DNA of 64,000 nt. Source: Rhodosorus marinus CCMP1338 (taxonomy: Eukaryota; Plantae; Rhodophyta). Under the pieces are notes generated by a model. The model worked only from the letters and a program-made list of their open reading frames with translations. It did not search any database and had not been told where the DNA came from. Below, piece by piece: positions 11,697-22,164 of the stretch; within the stretch, counting starts at the first letter, position 1; each line of letters opens with the position of its first letter. The stretch spans positions 806,001 through 870,000 of the forward strand of contig JAMWBK010000008.1 of the NCBI GenBank assembly GCA_029953675.1. The letters are read 5' to 3'. The position numbers were made by a program, and so were the translations under genes.

Positions 11697-11971
11697 CCCG
11701 AAGAGGCTTGAGCTTCTGTAAATCCTGTAAAATTATTCCAGGATGAGGCGCATTGGATTGATGCTGTTCAGCACGATCAACAAAGCATACGGCATTCGGG
11801 CTGCTTCCATGCTCGAATCCAAACTGCCTTTTTGCCTAAACCGCTGTCGACAGTGGTTTCCCGAAGAAGTTCAATCGTCTGTAAGTGATGGAGACTGAAC
11901 TTAAAACCCCATTGCGTAAGATCATTTTGGGATGAGGAGGATTCGGTTAACGCTGGTTAGCACGATCAACA
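11697..11971. repeat. Diverged direct duplication (copies about 11697-11782 and 11860-11971)
   Basis: CCCGAAGA..TCTGTAA and GATGAGG..ATT..GCTG..AGCACGATCAACA each occur twice, offset 163 and 189 nt. Confidence 0.65.
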
Positions 11972-12415
11972 CGTTCGTCAAGTGATAATCATTCAAGTTG
12001 CACAACGGGACTGAACGAGGAACTGACTGGACGAAAACGCAATTCATGCAGTTGGAGTACATCTCCAGCAGAAGTCAGCTTGATACGCCGACTTCCAGTT
12101 TGAAGTCCGTGGTTTGTCCGTCTTGGCGACCTCGTTTTTAACCTCGCCAACAGCTCATATGGTGAAATGAAAATTTCTAGACTTTACTTACAAGGAGAGC
12201 AGAACTACCTATGGGCTCAGCTCTCAATCAAGTTCCCTGGTGAACAAAAAGCGCGCTCCGCAAGGTGCGGGAGGAACACGCACAGCAGCTATTCTATTAT
12301 TGACACATGTCTGACTAATAAGCAAAACCCGGAGAGCACTAAAACCCGAGCCCACCCGGTAAAACGAATTTAAAGCTGCACCGCAGAAATGCGTACCAAA
12401 GGGCGTAATGAATGT

Positions 12416-13417
12416 CTACTTCTTCAGTGCGCTTGTCAGCTCTGGAACGGCTTCAAAAAGGTCTGAAACGAGCCCGTAATCCGCGACGGTGAAAATCGGT
12501 GCCTCTGGATCCTTGTTGATAGCGACAATTGTCTTCGAGTCTTTCATTCCCGCCAAGTGTTGGACGGCGCCGCTCAGGCCAACAGCTATATACAGCTCAG
12601 GAGCCACGACCTTACCAGTTTGTCCCACCTGCATATCGTTCGGACAGTACCCATCGTCAACCGCTGCACGAGTAGCGCCGACCGCGCCGCTCATCGTATC
12701 CGCTAGCTCCTCAATGAGTCGGAAATTATCACCGCTCTTCAAACCACGCCCACCAGAAACAACGACGCGGGCGGAGGTAAGCTCAGGTCTTTCGCCAGAA
12801 TCCGTCAGTTGCTCAGATTCCCAAGAAGAAAGCTTGTTCTCTTCGTCAGAAGTGAGCGTCACTTTCTCAAATTCAGTGGTATCACCCTCACTTTTCCCAA
12901 ATGCAGTACCACGAACAGTAATGACCTGAACTGCGTCAGATGACTTCACCCTCGCCAACGCATTTCCGGCGTAGATCGGTCGGACGTATTCGTTTGATCC
13001 TTCGACGGACACGATGTCCGAAACTTGAGAGGAGTCCAGCTTGGCTGCGACTCTTGGCATTACGTTCTTACCGAACGTAGTAGCTGCGGCAAGCAAGTGC
13101 GTGAAAGAGTTCTCTTTCTGCAGCTTGAGCACCACAGGAGCGAGCGTTTCAGCGACCGGGTTCTTCATCCCAGAACCAGCTGCTACAAAAACTTTTCCTA
13201 CGCCACTTGGTGCAGACTTGACGTCAGAGCCTTCTCCGCAAACAAGCATAGAAACAGACCCAGATCCGACAGCACGTTTCGCTGCAACAACTGCCGCAAC
13301 GGAGTTGCCATCAATTATACCCCCGCTCGCCTCAGCAACCACCAAAGCATGCATCCGCCGTCGAAGCTCACCGATCTCACTAAGCGACCTCCTCAAAACT
13401 CCTGGATATCGAAACAT
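12416..13417 (-). CDS. etfA: Electron transfer flavoprotein alpha subunit, mitochondrial, intronless
   Basis: 333-aa ORF containing [79 protein letters not shown], with an Arg-rich presequence. Confidence 0.97.
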   Translation of the reverse strand: MFRYPGVLRRSLSEIGELRRRMHALVVAEASGGIIDGNSVAAVVAAKRAVGSGSVSMLVCGEGSDVKSAPSGVGKVFVAAGSGMKNPVAETLAPVVLKLQKENSFTHLLAAATTFGKNVMPRVAAKLDSSQVSDIVSVEGSNEYVRPIYAGNALARVKSSDAVQVITVRGTAFGKSEGDTTEFEKVTLTSDEENKLSSWESEQLTDSGERPELTSARVVVSGGRGLKSGDNFRLIEELADTMSGAVGATRAAVDDGYCPNDMQVGQTGKVVAPELYIAVGLSGAVQHLAGMKDSKTIVAINKDPEAPIFTVADYGLVSDLFEAVPELTSALKK

Positions 13418-13990
13418 GATGCTTTGATGTCTTCAGCTCATTAACTCAATTGCTTCAAATCTTTGACCAGCACTACCTGTTCCACCCCGTCTCTACAAAA
13501 CACATCACGACTTCTCGAAGCCATTAAAAACATATCGATGGAAGCCATATCCAAAAACCAAATCGCTTTCAACCGAGAAAGGAGGAGATTTGGGGCTGCG
13601 ATGAGGTCCAGTACGGCCGATCACTAGCGAAAACAGTCATGGATAAATCGATAATAATCGTAAACGAACGAATACTTTCAACAAGCGCTCCTCGCTTCTG
13701 GTTTCTACAGCCATGACATCCATCCACATCCAACTCTACCAGGTCCAGTAGGTTGAGCCGGGGTGGGTTCAGGGATTGACTGAAGGTAAAAAGAGAACAA
13801 GAACAAGGTCTTCTTTACTCCCGCACGTCAGTATCTCCTCCAAGTACTCCTGACTGGAGTAATCGTCTTACTCTACCAAGCCTCTACTAGCAGACCTAAA
13901 CCAAGCCTCAACAGACTCCTTACAATGATACCCCAAAAATATTTAAAACTCAAACACCTCTCCAAACCCCAAAAAATTGACTTTTTAAAG

Positions 13991-14091
13991 GACAGCCTGT
14001 TCCAAACAAAGAGACAGACTGTCGTATTAGTACTCAATTGAATTCAGTAAAACCATAACGACAGACTGTCCCCTGAGAAAGACAGACTGTC
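13991..14091. promoter_or_regulatory. Cluster of palindromic GACAG-N-CTGTC motifs in the etfA / calmodulin-like divergent promoter
   Basis: Exact GACAGACTGTC occurs at 14013, 14060 and 14081, with a variant GACAGCCTGTT at 13991. A regulatory role is inferred from position only. Confidence 0.5.
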
Positions 14092-14466
14092 GTTTTGATT
14101 AGCTTCAGTGGGTTTCGAGTGAAACCGTTTTTTGGTGGGAAGTCTTCATAACGGTAAGGATGTGGGCAGGTTGTGTACAGATAACAACTCTCTCTAGAAG
14201 TCTATCGACTGGATGGTGAGGTTGTTCTTATGAATAGGAGGCGACTCATGTTGAGGTGGGGACGTTTCAGAGTGATCTGAGTGTAGAATATCAAGGCGCG
14301 TTGTTTCTCCTTTTTGCGCGGGTTTTCTACGGATTGGCGGGAGGGGTGGGGGAGGGGGAGGTTGGTGTGCTTGGTTTTAGTGTTTGTTGTGTCTGGGTGT
14401 TTACGCGAGGATTGTCGTTGGGTTTCTTTTCTTGAGGGTTATCGTCCGGTGATCAAGTGAGGAACA

Positions 14467-14512
14467 ATGGTGCGGATTCTGAAAGACAGTTCCACTGGTT
14501 TGTAGCTGAGTG

Positions 14513-14565
<53 letters not shown>

Positions 14566-15256
14566 TTGCTGGCTTAGTTCTGATTGTTCGTCGTTTCGTG
14601 TCGTTGACAGGGACTTAATCAGGTGGATTATCTGGTCAAGGAGAAGAGGAAGGAGTTGGAGGTCATATTCAACATGTTTGATGAGGATGCTGACCAGATG
14701 ATGAATATCAATGAACTCTCAACATTCCTGAAAGCCGTGGGATTGGAAAAGACCCCATCAGAAGTGTCAAAGATCCTCAGATATCATGATGCTGACCTAA
14801 GTGGGTTGCTTAGTTTCGACGGTTCGTACCCAGCCACCAGCGAACGAGTTGCTTTGTCCCGTGCATCCTTTATCGGTCATAGGTATCGGACTGACGTATA
14901 TGTTACCTCGGTGTGTGACGTAGAATGGGTTGTGCTAGTTACAGTGGACCTGGCTGGGAAGTCTTTAAAAGACGAGTCCCTGTTTAATGCGTTCAAGAAA
15001 ATTGATACAGACATGGACGGATACATTTTCGAGAATGAGCTGAAAGAATTCGCTAACCTGACGAACGCTGAGGTATGAGTGTACACACCATACTTTGCTT
15101 CCAGATCTATAATTATCTAAGCTCGAAATCTGCTCTCCATGGAATCAGGCGAAGGCTCTGTTCGAACAAATGGACCTGAACATGGACGGGCGAGTAAACT
15201 TTGTCGAATTTCTCTTTCAATTCTTTCATGATTCGGATATTGTGGTGGAAAATTGA
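14467..15256 (+). CDS. Calmodulin-like four-EF-hand protein; exons 14467-14469, 14611-14821, 14924-15072, about 15149-15256
   Basis: Four EF-hand loops appear after splicing: DEDADQMMNINE, DADLSGLLSFDE, DTDMDGYIFENE and DLNMDGRVNFVE. The first (ATG-only) exon is the least certain part. Confidence 0.85.
14517..14562. repeat. (AT)23 microsatellite in intron 1 of the calmodulin-like gene
   Basis: Uninterrupted AT run read directly. Confidence 0.95.
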
Positions 15257-15340
15257 GGCCGAACAAATCGACTACGGAAACGTTTACTGCCGTTGTCGAC
15301 CATCACCTAAGAGCCTGACTAGAGTCCTCCAGGAGAAAGC

Positions 15341-16706
15341 TTAGCTATCCTTTTTGTCTCCAGCACGAACAGGCGCAACAAATTGCTGGCCAAGGAGATC
15401 AATTCTTGGATCCTCCGTCTGGTTCACCGCCAAGACCTTGAGTGTCAGATCTGCAGCTCCAGCCTGAACATAGCAAAGTAAAGTACAAAACTTCCCTTAT
15501 AAGTCAATGCTCACAAAAACGCCAAAAGAAATGCTTGAAGTCTAGTCGCACCTCTCCAGCAATCACGCAGGCAGGTGCCATCAGTGGAATACGGGCAAGG
15601 ACACTGTAGATAAGACCCATTCCGGAAATATAACCGTGGTACCGTTTCTTCAGGTACACCTTGCCCTTGCCCTCCATTCTCTTGGTGTACGGATCAAGTA
15701 ATTCCAGGCCAAACGAAAATGAATCCATCAATATCTCTGATGCAATCATAATAATCTCATCCCAATAGCCTGCGGTTGGGAAGAAATCGGCGATCGCAAC
15801 CAGCGATGCGAGTACTATCGTTCGGTTTTCAATCACAGGCAGAAGAAGAGAATAATCATAATTAGTTAGTCGCTGGTGGTCAACTATCCAACTTCGCCGT
15901 ACTGCCTACCTGACCCAAGGGCTGGCCGCAGAATGATAATTCGCAGCACGGGGAGGACAGTCATCTGTACTGATCTGGGGAAAAACTTCTTGATCACACC
16001 ATTTGCAACTCGGAGAATGAGCATTTGAACAACACGTCTGGCCTTGCCTATGAGCTTTTTCTCTGTGAGTATGGAAACGGGCGGAAGAGCAAGGACCTTT
16101 TCGTGAGTCCCATGTCCCTAGGAGCGTTGGCTCTCGCGCAAGTGCTCACTCAAGTTTTTCTGTTTCTTAAGCGACTGCAAGTGCGCTGAGAACTCCTTGT
16201 TGTCGACCGCGGTAGCCTCGAAATATACCTCATCGTCTATGGTGCCCTTCTTGTCCAGGAAAAGCACCATGACGAGAGAAACATAGTTCGCATATCGAAG
16301 GGCATATGTAATCCACGACCCGTCCTGAAACGCTTCGCTGAGACCTCCTTGGTACAACAGGGAAAGAACTGTCAAGACCTGTTTCAAGATCGGGCTCATT
16401 GTCAGTTCACAACAAGTACTCTCAGAATTCTTGATATATTTCGAATGTTACCCCTACCCCTACAATTACACTGCCAACTCCTGCAGTCATGGGGAACGCC
16501 GATTTCACCTTCTGCTTAAGGGAATCATTCTTGTTAGTCGTGCTCAACCCTCTGAAACCACACTTGATCCCTTCAACAAACTGAGGATAAAATGCTCGGT
16601 GCGATGGGCTGTACTTGGTCACATCAAAGTCCTCAAGCTGCTCCACATGAAAAGCAAACTGCAAGATCTTCCTCAATACCCCCACCTCCTCACCAGAATC
16701 CGCCAT
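15341..16706 (-). CDS. Multi-pass membrane protein, EI24/CysZ-like; multi-exon
   Basis: Hydrophobic exons splice in frame (MADSGEEVG...; MSPILKQVLTVLSLL...; ...SFGLELLDPYTKR...GMGLIYSVLARIPLMAP...GE|AGAADL...KKDS*). The ELLDPY motif followed by a G-x-G...IP...P helix resembles EI24-like proteins. The family assignment is from memory. Confidence 0.55.
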
Positions 16707-19144
16707 CCTCGTGAACAACCCCCCCTCAACAATCAGTCCCACAAACAGAAGTGAACAATAAACCAAAAACAAAAAAAATTCCTCAGACGCTCTGAGATCG
16801 ATAAATAAACTTCAATCCACACCTCACCCACCGTCTCCTAGTCTGTTCACTCCCTCCCCACCCACCCCCCCCCAAAAGGCCTTTTAAACTTCCTCCCCGA
16901 TCGCCGCTCCATGCTATTCACTCCTCCACACAACCACCCGCCCTACTCCGCTTACACATCCCCACATCACCCCCAAAAAGCATCAATCCCATAGCATCGG
17001 ATTTTTACACCCTTCGAAAAAGCACTCAAAAACCTCCCTTCTTCATAAACCGAAAAATATATTTTTTTAAACCAAAAATCCCTCACTTATTATTGGACAA
17101 ATCAACAAGACAATCATTATCAGACCAATCCCCGACAAGTTGACAATGGTATGGACAGCCTGTCCTGTTCTGTGGGTACCGTTTTCTTAATTATTATAGG
17201 TTGTTTTCCTATCTTTTTTCGCCTGGGCGTTTACAGACTCGCACGTGCCTTTGGGATCAAGATTTTTTTTTGTTTGTAAAATTACGTAGAAATTTCTGTT
17301 GGGCAGAAAATATATCCATTTTATCTTTGTGGGCCAGGAAAAAATTTTTCTCATCCAGGAAAACGAAATCGTGGAATTTGTCTCGAAATGAGCATGTATG
17401 AGTGTGTGCGAGTGTATTTTTTGTCCAAATGATTTTTTCGAAGGTGACGCTTATCCGAATATCCGTTCTTTGGGGGGGGGGGTTGGACAGCTGTCGGCGG
17501 GACTGTTTACGACAAGCGCTGAAGAGCTCCATAATCGGGAGTTGTTGGGTTTTGAGTTGCTAGGCGTCCTCCGGCTGGCTGCCTGCTTTGCTGACAAAGA
17601 CGAACATGGGTAGAGCCTCTGATCTGGCTTACAGGGAAGTTGTTAGTATCACTATCCTGAATGAAACTAGTCCACCTCGGGATTGCAGACTCCCTGGAGA
17701 GGATGGGTCAAGCTGCCGTCCCTGAAAGGTGATCGGGGTTATTTGTGATAGCGAGCGAAGGTAGTTGACGTCCGTACAAGACCTACCCCTGAGCAGAGGG
17801 GTAGAGGTCGAGATTAACAAGGGAGGCGGGTGTTGAGGCGCCATCCGTCGCAATGGCGCCAGTGCTTGATGTAGCTGATATGTGGAAGGTCATGCCTACG
17901 TCGCTCTAGTAGGGCGCCGGGAGCTGGACAGAGGAGATGACATCGGCCTCCTTCAGGTACAAAGTCTGGATGAAGATTTGCTATGTAAAGACGGGATGTC
18001 GGTTGGTTCCATCAGCCTTCCGGGCAGGCGACTTTGGGGGGGCACAACCCTAATCTCGTTTCCACATGACGCGGAGGCCCCACGTCCAAAACTTCAGAAA
18101 CCCATCTCCCACATAGCCAAATCCTGTCTAGGCCCAAGGTATTCCAAATCTAGCTCCAAGCCCTATTCCAACCTGTTTCTCTCCCAATCCGTCTTGTTCT
18201 CCGACGAACCCAATTAAAAATCCGAATCGGCAAATGAAGAATCGCCCTCGGTCAATAACATCCGTATCCTAAATTATAAGGCACGCTCTTACGTTCACCT
18301 TCGTGTTTTCTCTGCTGCTAGCTGGCTTGTGTTGCTGATTCCCAGGTACAATTGTTGACGAGGAAGGACACCCACTTGGACGCGAGGCTTTCCTACCCAT
18401 GAGCGACTGACCGCCGAGTCTTCGTCCTCAGTACAAGCTGCTCGGCACAGGGGGAGTGTCTTGACCCGGGGCAGCATAGTCATTGGTCACGAGCTGCCCG
18501 AACCCGAAGGTCATCTGGCGTTCTTTCGGGAACTGGGCCATCCGCGATGGTCCGGTTAAGCGTTCCGGTGTTACGCACTCTCCCCTTCTGCGGGAGTCGA
18601 CGGTGTTTTGCAGCAAGTCGCCTCGAGGCTGGAGATCGAGCGGTGCTCCGGAGACACCCCTTCCTTGCAAGTCCAGCGTCCGAGCGGGTATCTAGCGCTG
18701 CTGAGGTGCTGAAGGGTATGGTTTGAAGAGAAAATGGTCGTCCTCACACGGAGCACCCGCTCAATGGCTCCTTCGAGAGTTCGTCCGATCCTCTCCCCTC
18801 GAAGATCAACCCGCTCGTATAGCCGACAAAGTAGCGAGGATCCTGGTCAATACCAATGTGAATGGGGGTGTAGACATTCTGTCGACGCATGAAAAGTGCA
18901 CGAGGGCAGTGGAAAAACCAAAAGCCCTCGAACGCATCCGTTCCGTCCTGTTTCCCCCCACCCCCCTCAAACTCCCACCGAGTTGTAGACGAACGAAGGG
19001 TCATCGCCGATCCCTCCTAGTGCAGCGTGAGGAGGGTGTGTATGGCGCGTAGGGGAACACTGCGGCAGTCCGAGTTACATATTTTGGGGTGGATTTCTGT
19101 TCATTCTTATAAACTTCCCGACTTGAAGAGTGTCCGCAGAAGCA

Positions 19145-19841
19145 ATGGCGAACTTATTTAGCGTAGCGTTCGAGGAGTACAAGTCGAAGATACCGTGGAA
19201 GTTAAAGGTTCGTATTTTTCATGAAACGGATTCGGTTTTTCCGCATTGGTTTATGGATTTTGCGCTAGGTTTGCTTGATCGGAGAGAACATCTCCCTTCT
19301 GCTCCGGATCGCAAGTTTAAGCTGTTGTTTTAGTCTTGTTTCTTTGTCAATACCTCGTTGGGGTTGCCGAGGGGGGAGTTGACACTTGAGTGCTGCCTGC
19401 TGAAACAACAGTGAAACCCGCCGTTTTCTTGCTCTCTGCAGGTTATTGACGCATATCTTGTGTACATCCTGCTTACTGGGATAATCCAGTTCGCCTATTG
19501 TGCAATTGTTGGAACGTTTCCGTTGAACTCGTTCCTTGCAGCCTTTTGCTCAAGTGTCGGAAGTTTCGTGCTAACAGGTAGGTCAAGATCTCATGTATCA
19601 ATTCTGATCTTTGCAAATTACTGGGGAGTAGATGAAAAGGAAAAACTGCTAATCCGTTTTTGTGCGTTGTTTATTCTGTAACTTCTTTTGCGGCGATCCA
19701 TCTGAAATAGTAAGTCTAAGAATGCACACTAACCCAGAAAACAAGGACGAGTTCCCGTCACATTCATCGCTCAAATCGTTCGCAGACTGGCTCTTCGCTA
19801 ATCTCATCCTCCAAGTCGCGGTTCTGAACTTTCTGGGATAA
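19145..19841 (+). CDS. DAD1: Oligosaccharyltransferase subunit DAD1/OST2; exons 19145-19207, 19442-19577, 19711-19841
   Basis: [57 protein letters not shown]...FADWLFANLILQVAVLNFLG*. Confidence 0.95.
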
Positions 19842-20732
19842 TGACTCTCCATCTAAATCAATCAATGTTATCTAAAAATAGAAAAATAAAACGTTGCTTT
19901 AAATATCATCAATCAACAATGTTGTACTAACGAAAACTGATGGGGCCCTGAAAGGTTGTCAAGGCCAGGTGGCCCCCTGCAGAGATGCTCTTTGCGAAGG
20001 ACTGCATTTCGGTTAAGCTCCTCATGTCGGGGAAAACCATGCGCAGAGGGTTCAATACCTCCCAGCACCGATTGGGCGGGAACCGATTGGGTCTAGCTCT
20101 CGTATCCCAGATCGGACGCCTTTCGACTGCTATGCTGCGCACAATCAATGAATTGTGGAAGTTGACAAAGAAACGACGACCCTAACACGCGCGGATCGAA
20201 TTCCCCATCAGAAAACATGTCGGTGCTTCCCAACACAACCCCTACTTCGAAAACCGTGTATTTCTGGAGACTGCGCGCAGTGACGCAGTGAAGCCGCACA
20301 CTTAACACAGCCACTGCACGTGACAGTTGATGTCAGCTTGGGACGCCAAGGATGGAATAGCACACGTTTGGACATCGAAAGTAGTGTCATGAGCATCGAC
20401 TGCTCACTTAAACCTCCACGTAAGCTCGCACGGCATTAACGCCATCACCATATCACCAGCACGCCAACAAAAGAGACTATCTAACCTGAGGAGCGGAAAG
20501 CGAGACGCCGATGACGCGCGGCCAACAACAAAGAAGCGTTCGAACGCCAGAGGATCAGGGACAGTTCCGTGAGGAGGCTGTCAAGACGGCCCGGGGCCTC
20601 CCGAAAAACAAGATGAAGCCAGCGAGAAGCAACATCTTCTAAAAGACCAAAGTACTCGATGATCAGCGGTACAAATCGATGGGACAGCGCAGAGTCCCAA
20701 GAGGTTGGATGAGTCATCACAACTGCCATCAC

Positions 20733-21228
20733 GATTGATCGAATGCTTCGTACAAAAATTCATCTAAAACGACAGGAAGGCGGACTTTTCTCAACCTTTA
20801 CTGTAGCTTATTGCCTGTTCACGATGCAGTTGGATTTCCATCCAGCATCGCCTGCTCACTTATCCCTCCATGTTCGCTTGCATTCTACAACGCCATAAAC
20901 CTCATCCAGTCATCAAAACATAGCTTACCAACACAAGCCTGGCGATTGATCGAATTTTGCATACAAAAACTCGTTTAGTGACAGGAAGTGGACTTGCCTA
21001 GACTCTTTTCTGTATGTCTGTTGCCGTTCATGAGGCTCCTGGATATCCCCCATCCAGCATCGCCTGCTCGCCTGACGTTCGCTCCCACCATCACTCATTC
21101 CGCCATACTTGCATTCCAAGAACCGCGTAATCCTCATCCAGTCATTAAAATTAGCTTTTCAACTCCATAAAGCGATCGATCAAATTCTTCATACAAAAAC
21201 TCCTTTTGATGACAGGAAGCGGACTTTT
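20733..21228. repeat. Diverged tandem repeat, about 2.3 units of 211-230 bp
   Basis: GAT(T/C)GATC(G/A)AAT...TACAAAAA(T/C)TC...GACAGGAAG..GGACTT recurs at 20733, 20944 and 21174. CATCCAGCATCGCCTGCTC and CCTCATCCAGTCAT each occur twice. Confidence 0.85.
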
Positions 21229-22164
21229 TTCCACTCTTCTTCTCTTGTGGTTTTTTGTAGTAGTAATCAGTGCGTTGTTCATCTTCATAGCGGCTTCCCA
21301 AACTCCTCCCTCGATGGAATGGGGTTTGTTGCTTGGCGAGCTTGTAGTACGTAGTGTAGCGTAACACGATGAGAGCTATGGCGCTCAAGATTTTTGTGTG
21401 GGTGGGGGGCATGGCATGGTGGAGGTCGTGAGGTCTGACAAATTTTTTTTCTTGGGGGGGGGATTTTTTTTTTTGTTTCCATGTCATTGAGAGGTTGTGT
21501 GAGGTCTGAGCCAAATTTTCTGGGGGGGTTGGTGGTGTTTTGAGTTTGGGGAGGGTGAAGTAAGACCTTTTAAAAGCACATTGATAACCTTTTTCTTTTC
21601 GTCTTGGATAGAAGGAAATTAGACGTGTTTGCAGGTAATGTCCTGGGGTTTGTTGGGGTACTTGATGATTCGTAGTTGAAGGAAAAGTGTGGCGGGACGA
21701 TTCTGTTCATTAAGACGTTCCTCTGTTACCTTTCTGTATGTAGTATTCGTTTGTCTCTTGGTGTTGGGAGGTGGGGTGACTTTGTATTGAACGCGGGGTA
21801 GGACGTTTGGGCTGGCGGAGTGGCTTCCGGAGCGTTTTTTTAGCGGCTCTGTCGCCTTTTCGGTGGGGAAGTTGAGTTCGTTGTAGAGGCTTTGTTGGCT
21901 TTGTTGGCTTTTTTGTTTGGGGTATGGCTTGCTTTTGGACTGGAGCTGGTGTAGTGTAGTGTGAGCAACCGATGTTTGGCTGTTGTTTATTATTTGTATT
22001 GGGTTGTTTGGAGTCTCATTGTTCTGGTTGTCGGGGAATGGAGCTCATGCGGATGAAGAGGTGAACTGGAGAGTGCTCCGTAGAGATTTTGTTTGTGTCT
22101 TGGTCGGTGACTTCCGACCAAGATTACATTGTGGGAGACGTCTTGTACGCATTCTTTAGTGGAA

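Noticed and set aside
17400-19052. ORFs 17882-18217 (+), 18723-19052 (+) and several minus-strand frames
   Set aside because: They have no recognisable motifs, frequent stops and no consistent splice model, so I could not support a gene call.
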